Source: Prasinococcaceae sp. CCMP 1430
Taxonomy: Eukaryota > Plantae > Prasinodermophyta
Reading direction: 5' to 3'
Assembly: GCA_013416795.1 (NCBI GenBank)
Contig: RQSC01000012.1
Location: 165,249-212,397, forward strand
Length of the DNA stretch: 47,149 nt
Shown: piece by piece, positions 31,526 to 42,169 of the stretch
How positions within the stretch are numbered: position 1 is the first letter of the stretch
Layout: every line of letters begins with the position of its first letter
Made by a program: the position numbers and the translations under genes
The notes under the pieces: model-generated
Databases searched by the model: none
Told to the model about the DNA's origin: nothing
What the model saw: only the letters and a program-made list of their open reading frames with translations

Positions 31526-32351
31526 ATGGCGGGTCCCGCACCCGGTGGCGTGCAGTCGATGAGCGCGCGCCAGCTCGTCGACGCGCTCGGGCTGGTGCCG
31601 CACCCCGAGGGCGGTTTCTTCCTAGAGACGTGGCGCACGGGATGCACGCCGATGACGACGATGGGGCAGAGCGATCCGGCGGCAGACGGCACCGTATCCA
31701 CTGCACGTGGCCAGCGACGTCCGGATGGCGACGGCCGACGCAACGCGCTCACTTCAATCTACTGGATGCCCACGCGAGCGTCTCCCAGGCTGCCGCTCGG
31801 TGTCAACCTCAGCGACCACGTCCACTACTATCACTGCGGCGCGCCGTTTGAGTACACCCTGTACGACCCCGCGACTGGCGAGATGCACGTCGAGGTCCTC
31901 GGCCCCGATGTGCTTGCCGGTCACAGGCTGCAGGTGTGCGTGAAAGGAGGCACGTGGAAGTGCGGCAGGCTGCTGTGCGGCGACGCTCCGGTGGGCGCCG
32001 CAGGTGGCGGCGGCGACCCGCGAGATCACTGCCTGCTCGGCGAGGCCGTCGCGCCGGGCTTCGATTTTCATGACTTCGCGTGGGTCACCAGACAAGAGGT
32101 CGACGTTCTTAAGGATGAAGCTGCGAAGGTAAGCGCATGGGAGAGAGAGAGCGCGGCCCGGCGTCCGTGGCAGGGCTGTTTGGCAGGAACTGACGCACTG
32201 GTCGCTCGCTCCTGTGATGTCTCTGCAGGCAGCACTGGCGCCATACGTCCACGAACGCATCGACGAGCTCGCCGACGCGAAGGCGACCATTGCGGACGCC
32301 GAGGCTCACTACGCAGAGGATACGGAAGCAGAGGCGAAGCGGCGTCTATAG
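31526..32351 (+). CDS. DUF985/Cupin_5 protein (yeast YML079W/Cff1-like); exons 31526-32128, 32229-32351
   Basis: LGLVPHPEGGFFLETWR, TSIYW, LGPD...G...Q..V.GG.W and LLGEAVAPGFDFHDF. Intron GTAAGC...ACTGACG...CAG. Confidence 0.9.
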
Positions 32352-32414
32352 TGCGTAAGGACTGCCCAAGATACATATGCTACAACGGTGCGCGCGTGCG
32401 TCCCGCGCACAAGC

Positions 32415-33473
32415 TCACTTGCGCTGGCCGGCGCGGAGCTCGAGGTCGCTGGCCAACCCTGATAGCAACGCAACGTAGCTGGTGCACCCAGAGCGCGATC
32501 CTCGCTCACCGCCTTCCTCAGCGAAGCGCTCCGGCGACTGCGGCGCGGCGCCAAGCAGCCGCAAGACTGCGCTGTTGGCCAGGGCCTCGTCGCTCAATAT
32601 GTCGCCCACCGTGAGCGCTTTCGTGCTCACGCCTGAGCCAGTGTCGTATACTTCGAAGCTGGCGTCAGTGACGAGCATCTCGCCCCCACTGGCGTCGGCG
32701 AGATCGCTCTCGCACAGCGCAGCAACTAAATCAGCGACATCTGCGCGCGACACCCGGCCTGCGGCGCCATCGGCCTGACGCACGGTGAGCGCGCCCACGC
32801 CCTTGCGCGCGCCGTCGACAAGTCCACTTGGGCGAATGACAGTGTAGCACACGTTGTCCGGCGCGGATGCGTACGCGGCACGCACGCCCTCCTCACCGCT
32901 CACTTTGCTATCCATTCGCCGCCCAAAGAGGTTCAGGAAGCGGTATGCCTGCGAGGCTGGCTCGGTCACGCCAGCGCCCGATATCAGCACGAAGCGATTC
33001 ACACCAGCCGCGACGCACGCGCGTGCGGCGGCTCCAGCGGCCACTGCGTCCACCGCCGTAGCGTCGCCCGCCGCTCCTGCAGTCGCGGCGAACACGCAAG
33101 CCGTCGCTCCCTCGATGGCACGGGCGACTTCATCGCGCCGAGTCACGTCGGCTTTCGTCGCTGTGATAAGCTCCCCGACTGCGGGATGAGCGCTCGAAGC
33201 GATAGGCAGTGTGCCGTCACGCGTGCACGCGCGCACGCGCACGCCGCACGCGGCTGCGGCGCAACACACGAGCCAGCCCGTACGGCCACCCGCGCCGAGC
33301 ACGACCACCAGTCCCCCATGGCCGTGCGACGGCGCGGACGCGTCGCCGGCTACAGCCGCGCGGAGTGGCAGGCGCGACGCACAGCCGCCGCCGCGACGGC
33401 GTGCGGGCGCGAGCCGTCGCACACCATCCTCCCCTTCCCGTGCGAGCGCAGCTCGCCTAACCACGCACGCCAT
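32415..33473 (-). CDS. Atypical SDR / NAD(P)-binding Rossmann protein (NAD_binding_10), probably plastid-targeted
   Basis: VVVLGAGGRTG, ADVT, RFVLISGAGV, SKVSGEEGVR, YTVIRPSGL and GRVSRADVA. Arg/Ala-rich transit-like N-terminus. Confidence 0.85.
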   Translation of the reverse strand: MACVVRRAALAREGEDGVRRLAPARRRGGGCASRLPLRAAVAGDASAPSHGHGGLVVVLGAGGRTGWLVCCAAAACGVRVRACTRDGTLPIASSAHPAVGELITATKADVTRRDEVARAIEGATACVFAATAGAAGDATAVDAVAAGAAARACVAAGVNRFVLISGAGVTEPASQAYRFLNLFGRRMDSKVSGEEGVRAAYASAPDNVCYTVIRPSGLVDGARKGVGALTVRQADGAAGRVSRADVADLVAALCESDLADASGGEMLVTDASFEVYDTGSGVSTKALTVGDILSDEALANSAVLRLLGAAPQSPERFAEEGGERGSRSGCTSYVALLSGLASDLELRAGQRK

Positions 33474-33669
33474 CGCTCGATCCCCAGCCCGTCGCCCGCG
33501 CGCGCGTGTGGATGTGGCGCGTCCGGGAGGGCGGCGCACGCGCGTGCGTGCCGACGGCGCACAGATCCCGCAAACGGGGAGCGCTGTTCCGCGAGTGCGC
33601 TGACAGATTGGGCGCCACACCGCGCACGCGCGCGCGCGCGCGCGGTAGTGTGCACGACAGGTGGAGCGG

Positions 33670-35181
33670 ATGATGCAGCGCAAACAACTGCCTGTTGGCG
33701 GCGCGGCGCTGCCCGCGGCGGCCGTGGCGGTCCTCTTCGCGGCGCTTTCAGTGGGCGCGGCGAGCGCCGCCATGGCCACCGCAGGAGCGGCGTCAACACC
33801 CGCTCCTCTGCCCACTCCACTGCTCTCCGTGGAGTTCTCCCCGCGGGCGCGTGGACGAGCAGAGAGCTCGAGAGGAGGGGACGGTGGCGCCGAGCTGACA
33901 AACCTTCTGGCTACTCGCAGTGCGACTGCGGCCCTCGGCCGTGCACCTCCGGTGCCGACAGCCGTGCGCGTGGCGGTGCTCTGTGCGGGCCACCTTCGCA
34001 GCGCAGGAAGCACCGCGCACTCGCTGGGTGCAAACCTGCTCGCTCCACTGATGACCGCAGGGCAGATACGCGCAGCAGAGGCTAGGCAGTTCGAGCGACT
34101 TGGCGGAGCCAGCGGTGGGCTCTCTAATAGCGTGGGTGAGGCGGCCGCAGCTGTCGTAATGGCGGGGCGAGGCAGCGGCGGTCCGACAGACAGCAAGGGC
34201 AGGGGTTCCCGAGGCACGTCGTTCAGTTTTAGAATAATGCGACGCATCATGGCGGGTGAGGTAGCGCTCGCAACAGGTGCGAGCGACAACGGTAGACAAT
34301 CCGGCGAGCGCCTCGACGACACGCATGCTCGCATTGAGGTTGATCTGCACGTCGTGACGCATGCGGCGCTGTCGAGCGACAAGCCCGAGGCGGCGCGGCG
34401 AGCGGCGAGCGAGGGAGGGGCGTTTTACGGCGAGGGGGTGGATATGCCGACCGTGACCGCCGACCTCGCTCGTGATGCCGCAGACTTTGCCGTTGATCTC
34501 TACCGCTCGATACCTGGCGGATCAGCGGCGCTCGCGTCGGTGACCGTGCTCAATTCAACAGCGCTCTCCAGCGCGGCGGCGGCCGCCGCTGCGCCATACG
34601 TGCATGCCCGACGTGGTAGCTGGCGGTACGGTCCCAAGGCTGCCGCCCGCGTGACGGAGGTGGCTCTGCTTGCAAGGCTCGCGTTTGAGCGCCTGCGATG
34701 GTATGAGAGGAGCTTCTTCGGTGCCGAGCAGCGATATGACTACGTGCTGAAGATACGCCCCGACATCGCTGTGCTACGCCCTGTGCCGTCGCTCACGTCG
34801 CTACTTCCACCGCTGCTGCCGCCCCGCGAACCGACGCTCGCTGGCGAATCCAAGATCGCGGGACCTCTCGTTTCGTCCATGAGCGACTACCAGCGGCGCC
34901 TAGGCTTCAACTTCAGCGACCATCTGACCTTTGGGTCGCGCAGCGCGGTGGAGGCCTTTTCGCGCTTCTTCGATGCCTTGCCAGCGCTGGACGAGCGCGG
35001 CGTCGACGTGTCTTGCATTGAGGATGCATGGCCGGCGTACCTGCGTACAGAGGCGGGGCTAGCGTTCTTGCCATCGCTGAACATCAGCTACAAGATCGAC
35101 CGCGCGCTACCGGCTGGCGGTATTGCCGGCGCCCGAGAGGCTTGGGTGAGGCAGCTAAGGCAGCAGCGAGACGGGGAATAG
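33670..35181 (+). CDS. Uncharacterised membrane-anchored or secreted protein, putative glycosyltransferase-like
   Basis: N-terminal hydrophobic segment (AAAVAVLFAALSVGAASAA) and motifs VAVLCAGHLR, YDYVLKIRPD and FSDHLTFGS. Confidence 0.55.
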   Translation: MMQRKQLPVGGAALPAAAVAVLFAALSVGAASAAMATAGAASTPAPLPTPLLSVEFSPRARGRAESSRGGDGGAELTNLLATRSATAALGRAPPVPTAVRVAVLCAGHLRSAGSTAHSLGANLLAPLMTAGQIRAAEARQFERLGGASGGLSNSVGEAAAAVVMAGRGSGGPTDSKGRGSRGTSFSFRIMRRIMAGEVALATGASDNGRQSGERLDDTHARIEVDLHVVTHAALSSDKPEAARRAASEGGAFYGEGVDMPTVTADLARDAADFAVDLYRSIPGGSAALASVTVLNSTALSSAAAAAAAPYVHARRGSWRYGPKAAARVTEVALLARLAFERLRWYERSFFGAEQRYDYVLKIRPDIAVLRPVPSLTSLLPPLLPPREPTLAGESKIAGPLVSSMSDYQRRLGFNFSDHLTFGSRSAVEAFSRFFDALPALDERGVDVSCIEDAWPAYLRTEAGLAFLPSLNISYKIDRALPAGGIAGAREAWVRQLRQQRDGE

Positions 35182-35334
35182 AGCAGCATCGATTGCAGCC
35201 GGAACCGTAGCGCCAAGGCGGGGTAGCCTCCAGGCATCGAGGTGACTCGTATGTGTTATCTTGCGACACAATCCTTAGGCGCAGGTGCAACGGCTTCGCT
35301 TCGTCTAGGCGCGTGTCCCCAGCGGCGCGTGCGC

Positions 35335-36375
35335 TTACTTGCCCAGCTTTGCCATGAGTGCCGCGACGGTGTTCTGCAGCCCCATCAGCTTCTCCAGCGC
35401 GGCCGCCTTGAGGCCCTCTCCGAGCCCGTCGACGCCGTCGGCGTTTGCGAGGTCGATCTCGACGCCGTCGTCTGTGCGTAGCGTAATTGCGGGCTCCTCC
35501 TCCACTTCCATAATGGGCTCGGGACGGCCGCGGCGGTTGCGGCGCGTGCGCGCCACGGTGCCAACGCGCGCTTTGACCATGGTCTTGGCACAAGTCTCCA
35601 TCCCACCCTGGGCAAATTATTGCGGGCGCGCGGGTGCAGATGTCAGGCAGCGAAGCGTCAGTGCGCATGGCGTATGATGGGCACGGGAGAGGGGGGCTGA
35701 GAAACGGGGGATCTGGCGTGCGCGGCAGCAATGATCGCTGGCATCGGCCGCTTAGCGCACCATCGTCTTCATGCCCACAGCCGGGGTCACACCCCCCTCC
35801 AAGAAAACGCCGAGTGGCGAGCCATTCGCGCTGACGAGTTCCTCTCCTTGCCTGGGCATCCGCGACACTGTCCCCGGAGCTGCTCCCTTGGCGCCCTGCG
35901 CGCTCGGTGTGCAAGGCACCTTGTCGGCAGGCTCGCACTCGCTGTCAGCCGACGCGTCTGCCTTGCGCTTCTTGCCACTTCCACTCGCCTGCTGGCCCGA
36001 GCCCGCCGCCGTCGCCGCCGCGATGCGCCTGTCGATGTCCGAGAGCATCGCCGCGTCGATGCTCTCACCGAACTCCTTGCGGAACTCGGCGAGTGGCATC
36101 GATCGCACCTTCTTTGGCAGCTTCATTAGCTGCACGCGGTACTCTGCGCGCAGAGCGACGACGGCGTCCTCAGCGACCTCCATGAGCTTCGCACACCGTG
36201 ACTCCACCTGCGCCTCAAGCTCCTCCGTGAGGGAGCGAACCTTGGCCGCGCGCGACTCCGCCGCCGCTACGGAAACGCCCGCGGCGGTCCTCTTCGACGG
36301 CGCCGTCTCGACCGCCCTCTGTTGCACGCTCACCTCGCCGAGCGGCCGCCGCCGCGTGCTCGCAGCGCGCGCCAT
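35335..36375 (-). CDS. Borealin (CDCA8/BORR), chromosomal passenger complex subunit; exons 36375-35761, 35607-35335
   Basis: N-terminal helix LEAQVESRC...LMKLPKKVRSMPLAEF (Borealin_N pattern), SANGSPL (compare human SGNGSPL) and a C-terminal helical hairpin. Intron GTGCGC...CAG keeps frame. Confidence 0.8.
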
Positions 36376-36752
36376 ATCGCGCCGACTTCCCCTTCCCCCC
36401 AGCGCCCCGACGTGCACGTGAACCTCGAGCGCCGCACCCCCAGCTTCCCCGCCGCCCCGCTTTCCCCTTCCTATGAGTCCCTTGGACGCGCAAGACCCCA
36501 CGCGCCCGCCCTGCCCGCGCCCTCACGCCACGCCTCCCCTCCCCGCCGCCAGCACGCGCGTCGCGCGCTGTGTGGCGCCGCGCCCCTCGCGCCGCGCACG
36601 ACGCCGACGCCACAGACCGACGCCGCCGACAGCCCGTACGGCGCTCTCAATCCGTGGTGTGCACTCCCCACGGGCGACGCTTTCCGCCCTCGATTTCCCA
36701 CGTCAAAACGCACGCGACGCGCGCGGGGCGTCGTGCGGGCGCCCGCGCGCGC

Positions 36753-36783
36753 CCCAACGGCTCCAACGGCTACGAAAACGGCC
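36753..36783 (+). promoter_or_regulatory. Cluster of three MSA-like (MYB3R) elements in the Borealin/coiled-coil bidirectional promoter
   Basis: CCCAACGGCTC, TCCAACGGCTA (a perfect YCYAACGGYYA match) and AAAACGGCC lie within 31 bp. Two further AACGG cores are at 36935 and 36947. Confidence 0.65.
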
Positions 36784-37261
36784 TCAACGTTCGGAACCGC
36801 GGCAAATGTGCGCGCGCGCCGCGCGGGGCGGAAGGCGTTCCGATATCTGGCGCGCCGGAGCATCGCGCGCCGAAATCGCTTTGCGTGAAACGAACCGCCG
36901 CTGGAAGAGGGGCGCCGGCCCGGCCGATGGAAGAAACGGACGCGGGAACGGGCGCGGCGCCCGCAGCGGCAACACCCGCGGAAAACGCGGAAGGAGTGCG
37001 CGCGAAATATGCGGGAGAGCGAGGGGCGCAGAGGTGCGCGGCGATGGGCAAAATCGACGGTGGGACGCGACGAAATGCGAGGCGAGGCGGGACGCCGGTG
37101 CGATGCCGGTGGCCTCGCACGCGCAGCCGGCCCCGCCGGCGGGCGGAGGCGCCACACGCGGCACGCGAGCGGCGGCGCGGCGTGCCCGGCCCGGTGGCGC
37201 GCTCGAGGTGGAGGAGGAGGCAAGTGGGAGGAGGCATTGATTGGGTCGCGGCGTCGGCGCG

Positions 37262-38752
37262 ATGGCTCCCGCGGTGGCCGCCGCGCACATCAGCGTCGAC
37301 TTCAGCTCGGACGACTTCTTCTCGGACGGATGGGGTGCGAAGACGCCCGCGGGCAGGGGCGCGGGCGGCAAGAAGGGGGCGGGCACGCCCAGGCGGGCGC
37401 TCGCACCGATAAACGGGGGCAGGCAGCAGGCGGGGGCGCAGCCGAGCAAGCAGCAGGGGCGTGGCTCGCTCGGAGGCGGGCAGCCGCAGAAGCAGCAGCC
37501 GGGCGGTGCGGACGCTCAAGCGAGCGCGGGCGCGGATGCCACCGCGCCGGCGGATGAGGACGCCTCAGACTGGTCCTGGGTCAGCCCCACCAAGATGGTC
37601 ACTGCTGTTGCCGAGTACATCGAGACGGTCGACGTCACGCCGACGAGCCCCACCGAGCGCATGATGGTGGGCAAGGGCTCCAAAACGCGCCAGGGCAGAC
37701 GGTCGAGGAGGTCGACCTCCCCGGGCGTCATCGGCGGCAGCTTCGGCCTGCTAGGCACGATGGTGAACGGGCTGGGCAACGCGGTGATACGAGGAAGCGT
37801 GAACGTGGCGCGGGGCATTGAAGTCGCACTCAATGACCTGGAGAGTGCCGCATCTGAGCTGGCGGGCGCGGCAGACTCGCCGTCGAAGCTGGGCGCATCG
37901 GCACAGGCGTCGGCCTACCAGAAGCACAAGCGCTGGCAGCAGCAGCAGCAGCAGCAGAGGCAGAAATCTCAGAAGGAGGTGGCCCGCTCAAGGCTCGCAG
38001 CGCCGGGGTGCGAGGTTCCAGCCTCCCGTGATGCAGAGGATCCGAGTGAGGCGCCGTTGCGGGTGCCGGTGGCTGCGCCGCTTGCCAGGCAGACCAAGTC
38101 CAAGCCGGTGAAGCTGCGCGGTGCTTTGAAGGCCGCGCGGAGCCCTCAGGGGATGCAGACCACGCCGCAAGGGGACGCCTCGAAGCCGCAGACGTCTGCG
38201 GCGGCGGCGGCGACCAAAGCAGCACAGGTGGCAGCCAGGGGCGAGGCTGAGGTCGAAAAGGCGGCGGAAGCATCCCTCGAGAGCTCCGATGCCGAGGCCG
38301 TGCGCGCCGAGCTCGAGGACGCTCGGAAGGAGATCTCAGCCTTGCGTGCGCAGAACGATGACCTCAAGGCCTCGTTGGAGCATGAGCGCGAGGCTACGGA
38401 CCCGCTGGCAGACATGCTGCGCATGCAGACCGAAGCGCTCATGAAGGAGCGCGCGACGCTTCGACGCGACAACGAGAGCCTCGCGCGTGACAACGACCAG
38501 CTTCACGAGCTCGTTGAGTTCCTTGACAGTTCGCTCAGGCAGGCACTCGCAGCACAGGCGCACATGCAACAGGCGGCAAGCAGCGGCGATGACTTCAAGG
38601 TGCCCCTTTCTGCCATGCCTGAGAGCCCGCACGAGGGTGAGGACATGCCGCCCACGCCCGTGGTGAATCCCTACGAGACTGTGGTCGAAGCCAGCGACGA
38701 CGAGCAGTGCGCAGACGTGCATGGTGCTGATGTCGCCGAGGCTACACCCTGA
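37262..38752 (+). CDS. Uncharacterised protein with a disordered N-terminus and C-terminal coiled coil
   Basis: Intronless ORF with heptad region ELEDARKEISALRAQNDDLK...MLRMQTEALMKERATLRRDNESLARDNDQLHELVEF. TGTAA lies immediately after the stop codon. Confidence 0.75.
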   Translation: MAPAVAAAHISVDFSSDDFFSDGWGAKTPAGRGAGGKKGAGTPRRALAPINGGRQQAGAQPSKQQGRGSLGGGQPQKQQPGGADAQASAGADATAPADEDASDWSWVSPTKMVTAVAEYIETVDVTPTSPTERMMVGKGSKTRQGRRSRRSTSPGVIGGSFGLLGTMVNGLGNAVIRGSVNVARGIEVALNDLESAASELAGAADSPSKLGASAQASAYQKHKRWQQQQQQQRQKSQKEVARSRLAAPGCEVPASRDAEDPSEAPLRVPVAAPLARQTKSKPVKLRGALKAARSPQGMQTTPQGDASKPQTSAAAAATKAAQVAARGEAEVEKAAEASLESSDAEAVRAELEDARKEISALRAQNDDLKASLEHEREATDPLADMLRMQTEALMKERATLRRDNESLARDNDQLHELVEFLDSSLRQALAAQAHMQQAASSGDDFKVPLSAMPESPHEGEDMPPTPVVNPYETVVEASDDEQCADVHGADVAEATP

Positions 38753-38867
38753 GCCATGTAAACCACATGAATACACCCTGCACCCACGGCGGCCGTGCAC
38801 GCCCAGACAGGGAGATGAGCGCCACGCTCGCACGTGTACCCATGATGTGATTAGCCAATCTCAAATA

Positions 38868-40268
38868 TTACTCACGGAGTGCCGTCAAGTCTTGCGGCCG
38901 CACTACGTCCGCATCGTCATCGAGCTGGATGCCCTTGAGAGCGAGGAGCTCATGAAAGACCTCCGTGCCCCGCTCGGCGCAGTACTCTGCGTGCATGGAT
39001 ACGTGCGCGCACGCGCGTGCACGCATATCGACGTCAGGTACAGTCAGAACGGAAGAGGCAGAGCACACCAGAGTGAGCATCGAGGCGCTCAGAGCGCGCG
39101 AGCACGCACCGTGATCGAACACGAAATCCGGATACTCGACGTCATGCAGGTAAAGCCCGTGCGCTGGCGCTGATTTGGGAGCCATGCCTCTGTCCTTAGC
39201 TTCAAGCAGCCGCGTGATCTCCTCGCTTGCGCTCTTGCCATCACCCACGCGAATGATGGCACCCACCATGTTGCGGACTGCGCGCGGTGCAAGAGGTCAG
39301 CAATTTGCCGGCCAGGAGCGCCGCGTCGATGCGCACATGGGCGCGCGCTAGCGCACGCGCACAAGTCGTCCCGCTCATCGCTCACCTTGCCTGTACAGAA
39401 AGCCCGGACCGCGCACGGCGATGACAATCCCTGTACGGGTCTCTTCAACCCAGCACCGGGACACCGTACGGACGGGGTTGGGCTGTTTGCTGCGGTCGCG
39501 TGTGCGGTTGGCAAACGAGGAGAAGTCATGCGTGCCCTCGAAGAGCGCGCACGCCTCCGCCACGCGCGCTACGTCGAGCGGCCTGTGCAAGAAAAGCGCG
39601 TGTGAGCGCCGCAGCGGGTCGGCATGGGGCCCGAAGTCGATCTCGTAGCGGTACTCCTTGGTGAGCGCCGATCGCCGCGCGTGAAACTGGGGGGGCACCT
39701 CGAGTGCGTCGTGGCAGCGCACGTCGGCATCCAGCAGGCCGTTGAGCCCGCCGAGCAGCTTGGCGCCGCCGCCACGCAGCGGCTGCTCCGTCCAGAAGTG
39801 CACCCACTGCGCGCGCGCATGAACTCCCGAGTCGGTGCGCCCGACGCCCGCCACGCCAAGCACGGCACGGTCGGCGCCGGTCAGGCGCGGTAGCACGCGC
39901 TCCACTTCGCCCTGTACTGTGCGTGGCGCGCCGAGGCCGCGCATGCGCCGGCGCCCCACGCCGATTCCTCCATCGCTGCCGCTGCCGCCCTCGCTCTCGC
40001 TTGCACTGTCGGAGTCGCTGCCGCCCTGCCGTCGCTGCAGCTGGAAGCCTGCAAAGCCCGAGCCGTCGTAGGACAGCTTCACGGCATATTTGTGCCTACG
40101 CCGGGCGGAGATGGCGTCCGCTTCCACTCGTGCACTGCTTTGGCTCTCGCCCGCGGCGTCGGCTGCGCCCGCGCCCGCGCCTTGGCCCTCGCCGTTTGAC
40201 GCCGCGCGCGCCCTGCCTTGCGCTCGTGCGCGCCTCGCGGGCCTCGCGAGCCGCACCGCCGCGCGCAT
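38868..40268 (-). CDS. truA: tRNA pseudouridine(38-40) synthase TruA family, organelle-targeted; exons 40268-39386, 39277-39110, 38986-38868
   Basis: KLSYDGSGFAGFQ, TVQGEVE, GRTDSGVHARAQ (catalytic Asp), FHARRSA..KEYRY, GTHDFSSF, GFLYRQ|VRNMVG and APAHGLYL. Confidence 0.93.
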
Positions 40269-40552
40269 CGGCGGCGCCCCGGCGCGCCCGCGCGCTGTCC
40301 AAAGGGAGGCCACCGCCCCGCCGGGCAAGTTGGAGAGGGCGAGGGGAGAGAGAGAGAGAGAGGCACCGCGCGCGCGCGCCGTGGTGCCGAGGTGCCGCCC
40401 GCGCCGCGCCGCGGGCAGCACACCCCGACGCCGGCGCAGCCCATCCTAGGTGCGGCGCACCGAGGCCAGCGAGGGTTTGGGGTTCAGGTTCGGGATTTGC
40501 TACGCCCGGAAAATGCACCCAGCAGATGAGGAGCCCGTCCTGTCCTGTGTCA

Positions 40553-40609
40553 TTTAGGGTTATTCTGAATGCAGTCAATGTTTCACATGTGATCATGAAT
40601 ATAGGGTTT
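40553..40609. promoter_or_regulatory. Telo-box-like motifs (TTTAGGGTT 40553-40561; TAGGGTTT 40602-40609) in the AT-rich core of the TruA/HIS6 divergent promoter
   Basis: Reverse complement of the plant telo-box AAACCCTA, read directly. Confidence 0.55.
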
Positions 40610-40757
40610 CGTCCTATCTTCACGCTCCAAGGCGGCGGCCAGGCGCGGGAGGCGCGCCTCAGCGCAGGCGGAGGAGGGCGGCCACACAGCGCACCCGCGC
40701 GGCGCGGGGCGTGAGGCGTGAGGGGGGGGTTGAGAGGGCGAGTAGAGGGAAGGGGCG

Positions 40758-42033
40758 ATGAAGCTGTCGGCGGCTGTACACGCGGAAGCGGGAGCGGCAG
40801 CAGGCGGCGGGGCGCCCCGCCGCGCGCCGCCGCGTGCGCGGGCGGCGCGCTTCCGGCCATGCATCGACATCCATAAGGGGAAGGTGCGCAGCGCGCGGGG
40901 GCGCAAGCGTACCGCGGTCGCAGACGCGCGGCCCGCCCGCTGACGCGCGCGGCGGCGGCACGCGTGGCGCGACCGTAGGTGAAGCAGATCGTCGGCTCGA
41001 CGCTCACGGACGTCGCGGGCGGCGCCGCAAAGGTGCGCGACTGCGCGCAGGCGCTCCCGCGCGCAGGCGCCAGCTCGGCCACGCGCAGCAACCCCCTCGC
41101 CCCTGTATGCGCTAATGAAGGGCGCGCACTGGCTGTCCCGCCGCGCGCGCGTAGGAGAGCGCGCCGGTGACGAACTTCGAGACGGCGCGCTCGGCCGCCG
41201 AGTTCGCCAGGCAATACGCCGCCGATGAGCTGCTTGGCGGGCACGTCATCATGCTTGGCGCCGACGATGCCTCCATCGAGGCGGCCTCGGGCGCGCTGGC
41301 CGCCTACCCGGGCGGGCTGCAGATCGGTGGCGGCGTGAATGTTGAAAACGCGGCCTCGTATCTGGACGCCGGCGCCTCGCATGTCATCGTGACCAGCTAC
41401 GTCTTCCGCGACGGTGCGCTCGATCGCGAACGGCTGGACGGCCTCGTGAGCGCCATCGGGAAGGACAGGCTGGTGCTCGACCTGTCGTGCCGCAAGAAGG
41501 ACGACGGCGAGTACTACGTGGTCACCGACCGCTGGCAGAAGGTGCGCCCGCCCGCCGGCTGTGCGAGCGCCTCGCGCCTGCGCTCGCGCCGAGCAGGATG
41601 AGCGCAGGCGCTCGCGTGCTCACTGCGTGTGCGTCGGCGCCCCTGTGGTATCGCTCATGGCTGATGCGCGTGCACACCCCGCGTCCTTGGGACGGCGCGC
41701 GCACGCGTCGCGCTTCCACAGTTCAGCGACCTGCGCGTGAACGCAGAGACGCTCGAGAGGCTGTCTGACAGCTGCGATGAGTTTCTGGTCCACGCAGTGG
41801 ACGTGGAGGGCAAAAAGCTGGGCATGGATGGCGAGCTGGTGCGCCGGCTGGGTGAGTGGAGCCCCATACCGGTGACGTACGCTGGTGGCGCGGGCTGCGT
41901 GGCCGACCTGGAGGCAGTGGCGGCCGACGGCGGTGGCAGGGTCGATGTCACGGTTGGCTCGGCCCTCGACATTTTCGGCGGAGAGCTACCGTATGAGCGG
42001 GTGGTGCAATGGCACAACGAGCAGGCGGCGTGA
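40758..42033 (+). CDS. HIS6: ProFAR (BBMII) isomerase, eukaryotic HIS6/HISN3 type; exons 40758-40883, 40979-41032, 41155-41541, 41722-42033
   Basis: [11 protein letters not shown]|[55 protein letters not shown]|[19 protein letters not shown] and [12 protein letters not shown]. Confidence 0.97.
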
Positions 42034-42169
42034 CGCGAGTAATACATCCGCGAATGCAGTGCGCGCCATCGAGCGCGCGGACACCCCATCCCAAAATTAC
42101 TCCCCGCCCACGCGCGCAGGGCGCCAAGCGAGGCCGGCAGCCGGAGCGCGCGCTCGCACGCGCGAGCTG

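Noticed and set aside
33474-34382. Upstream 300 codons of the 655-aa minus ORF, suggesting a large SDR fusion
   Set aside because: This part is antisense to the + strand gene at 33670 and spans the divergent promoter. The SDR starts at ATG 33473.
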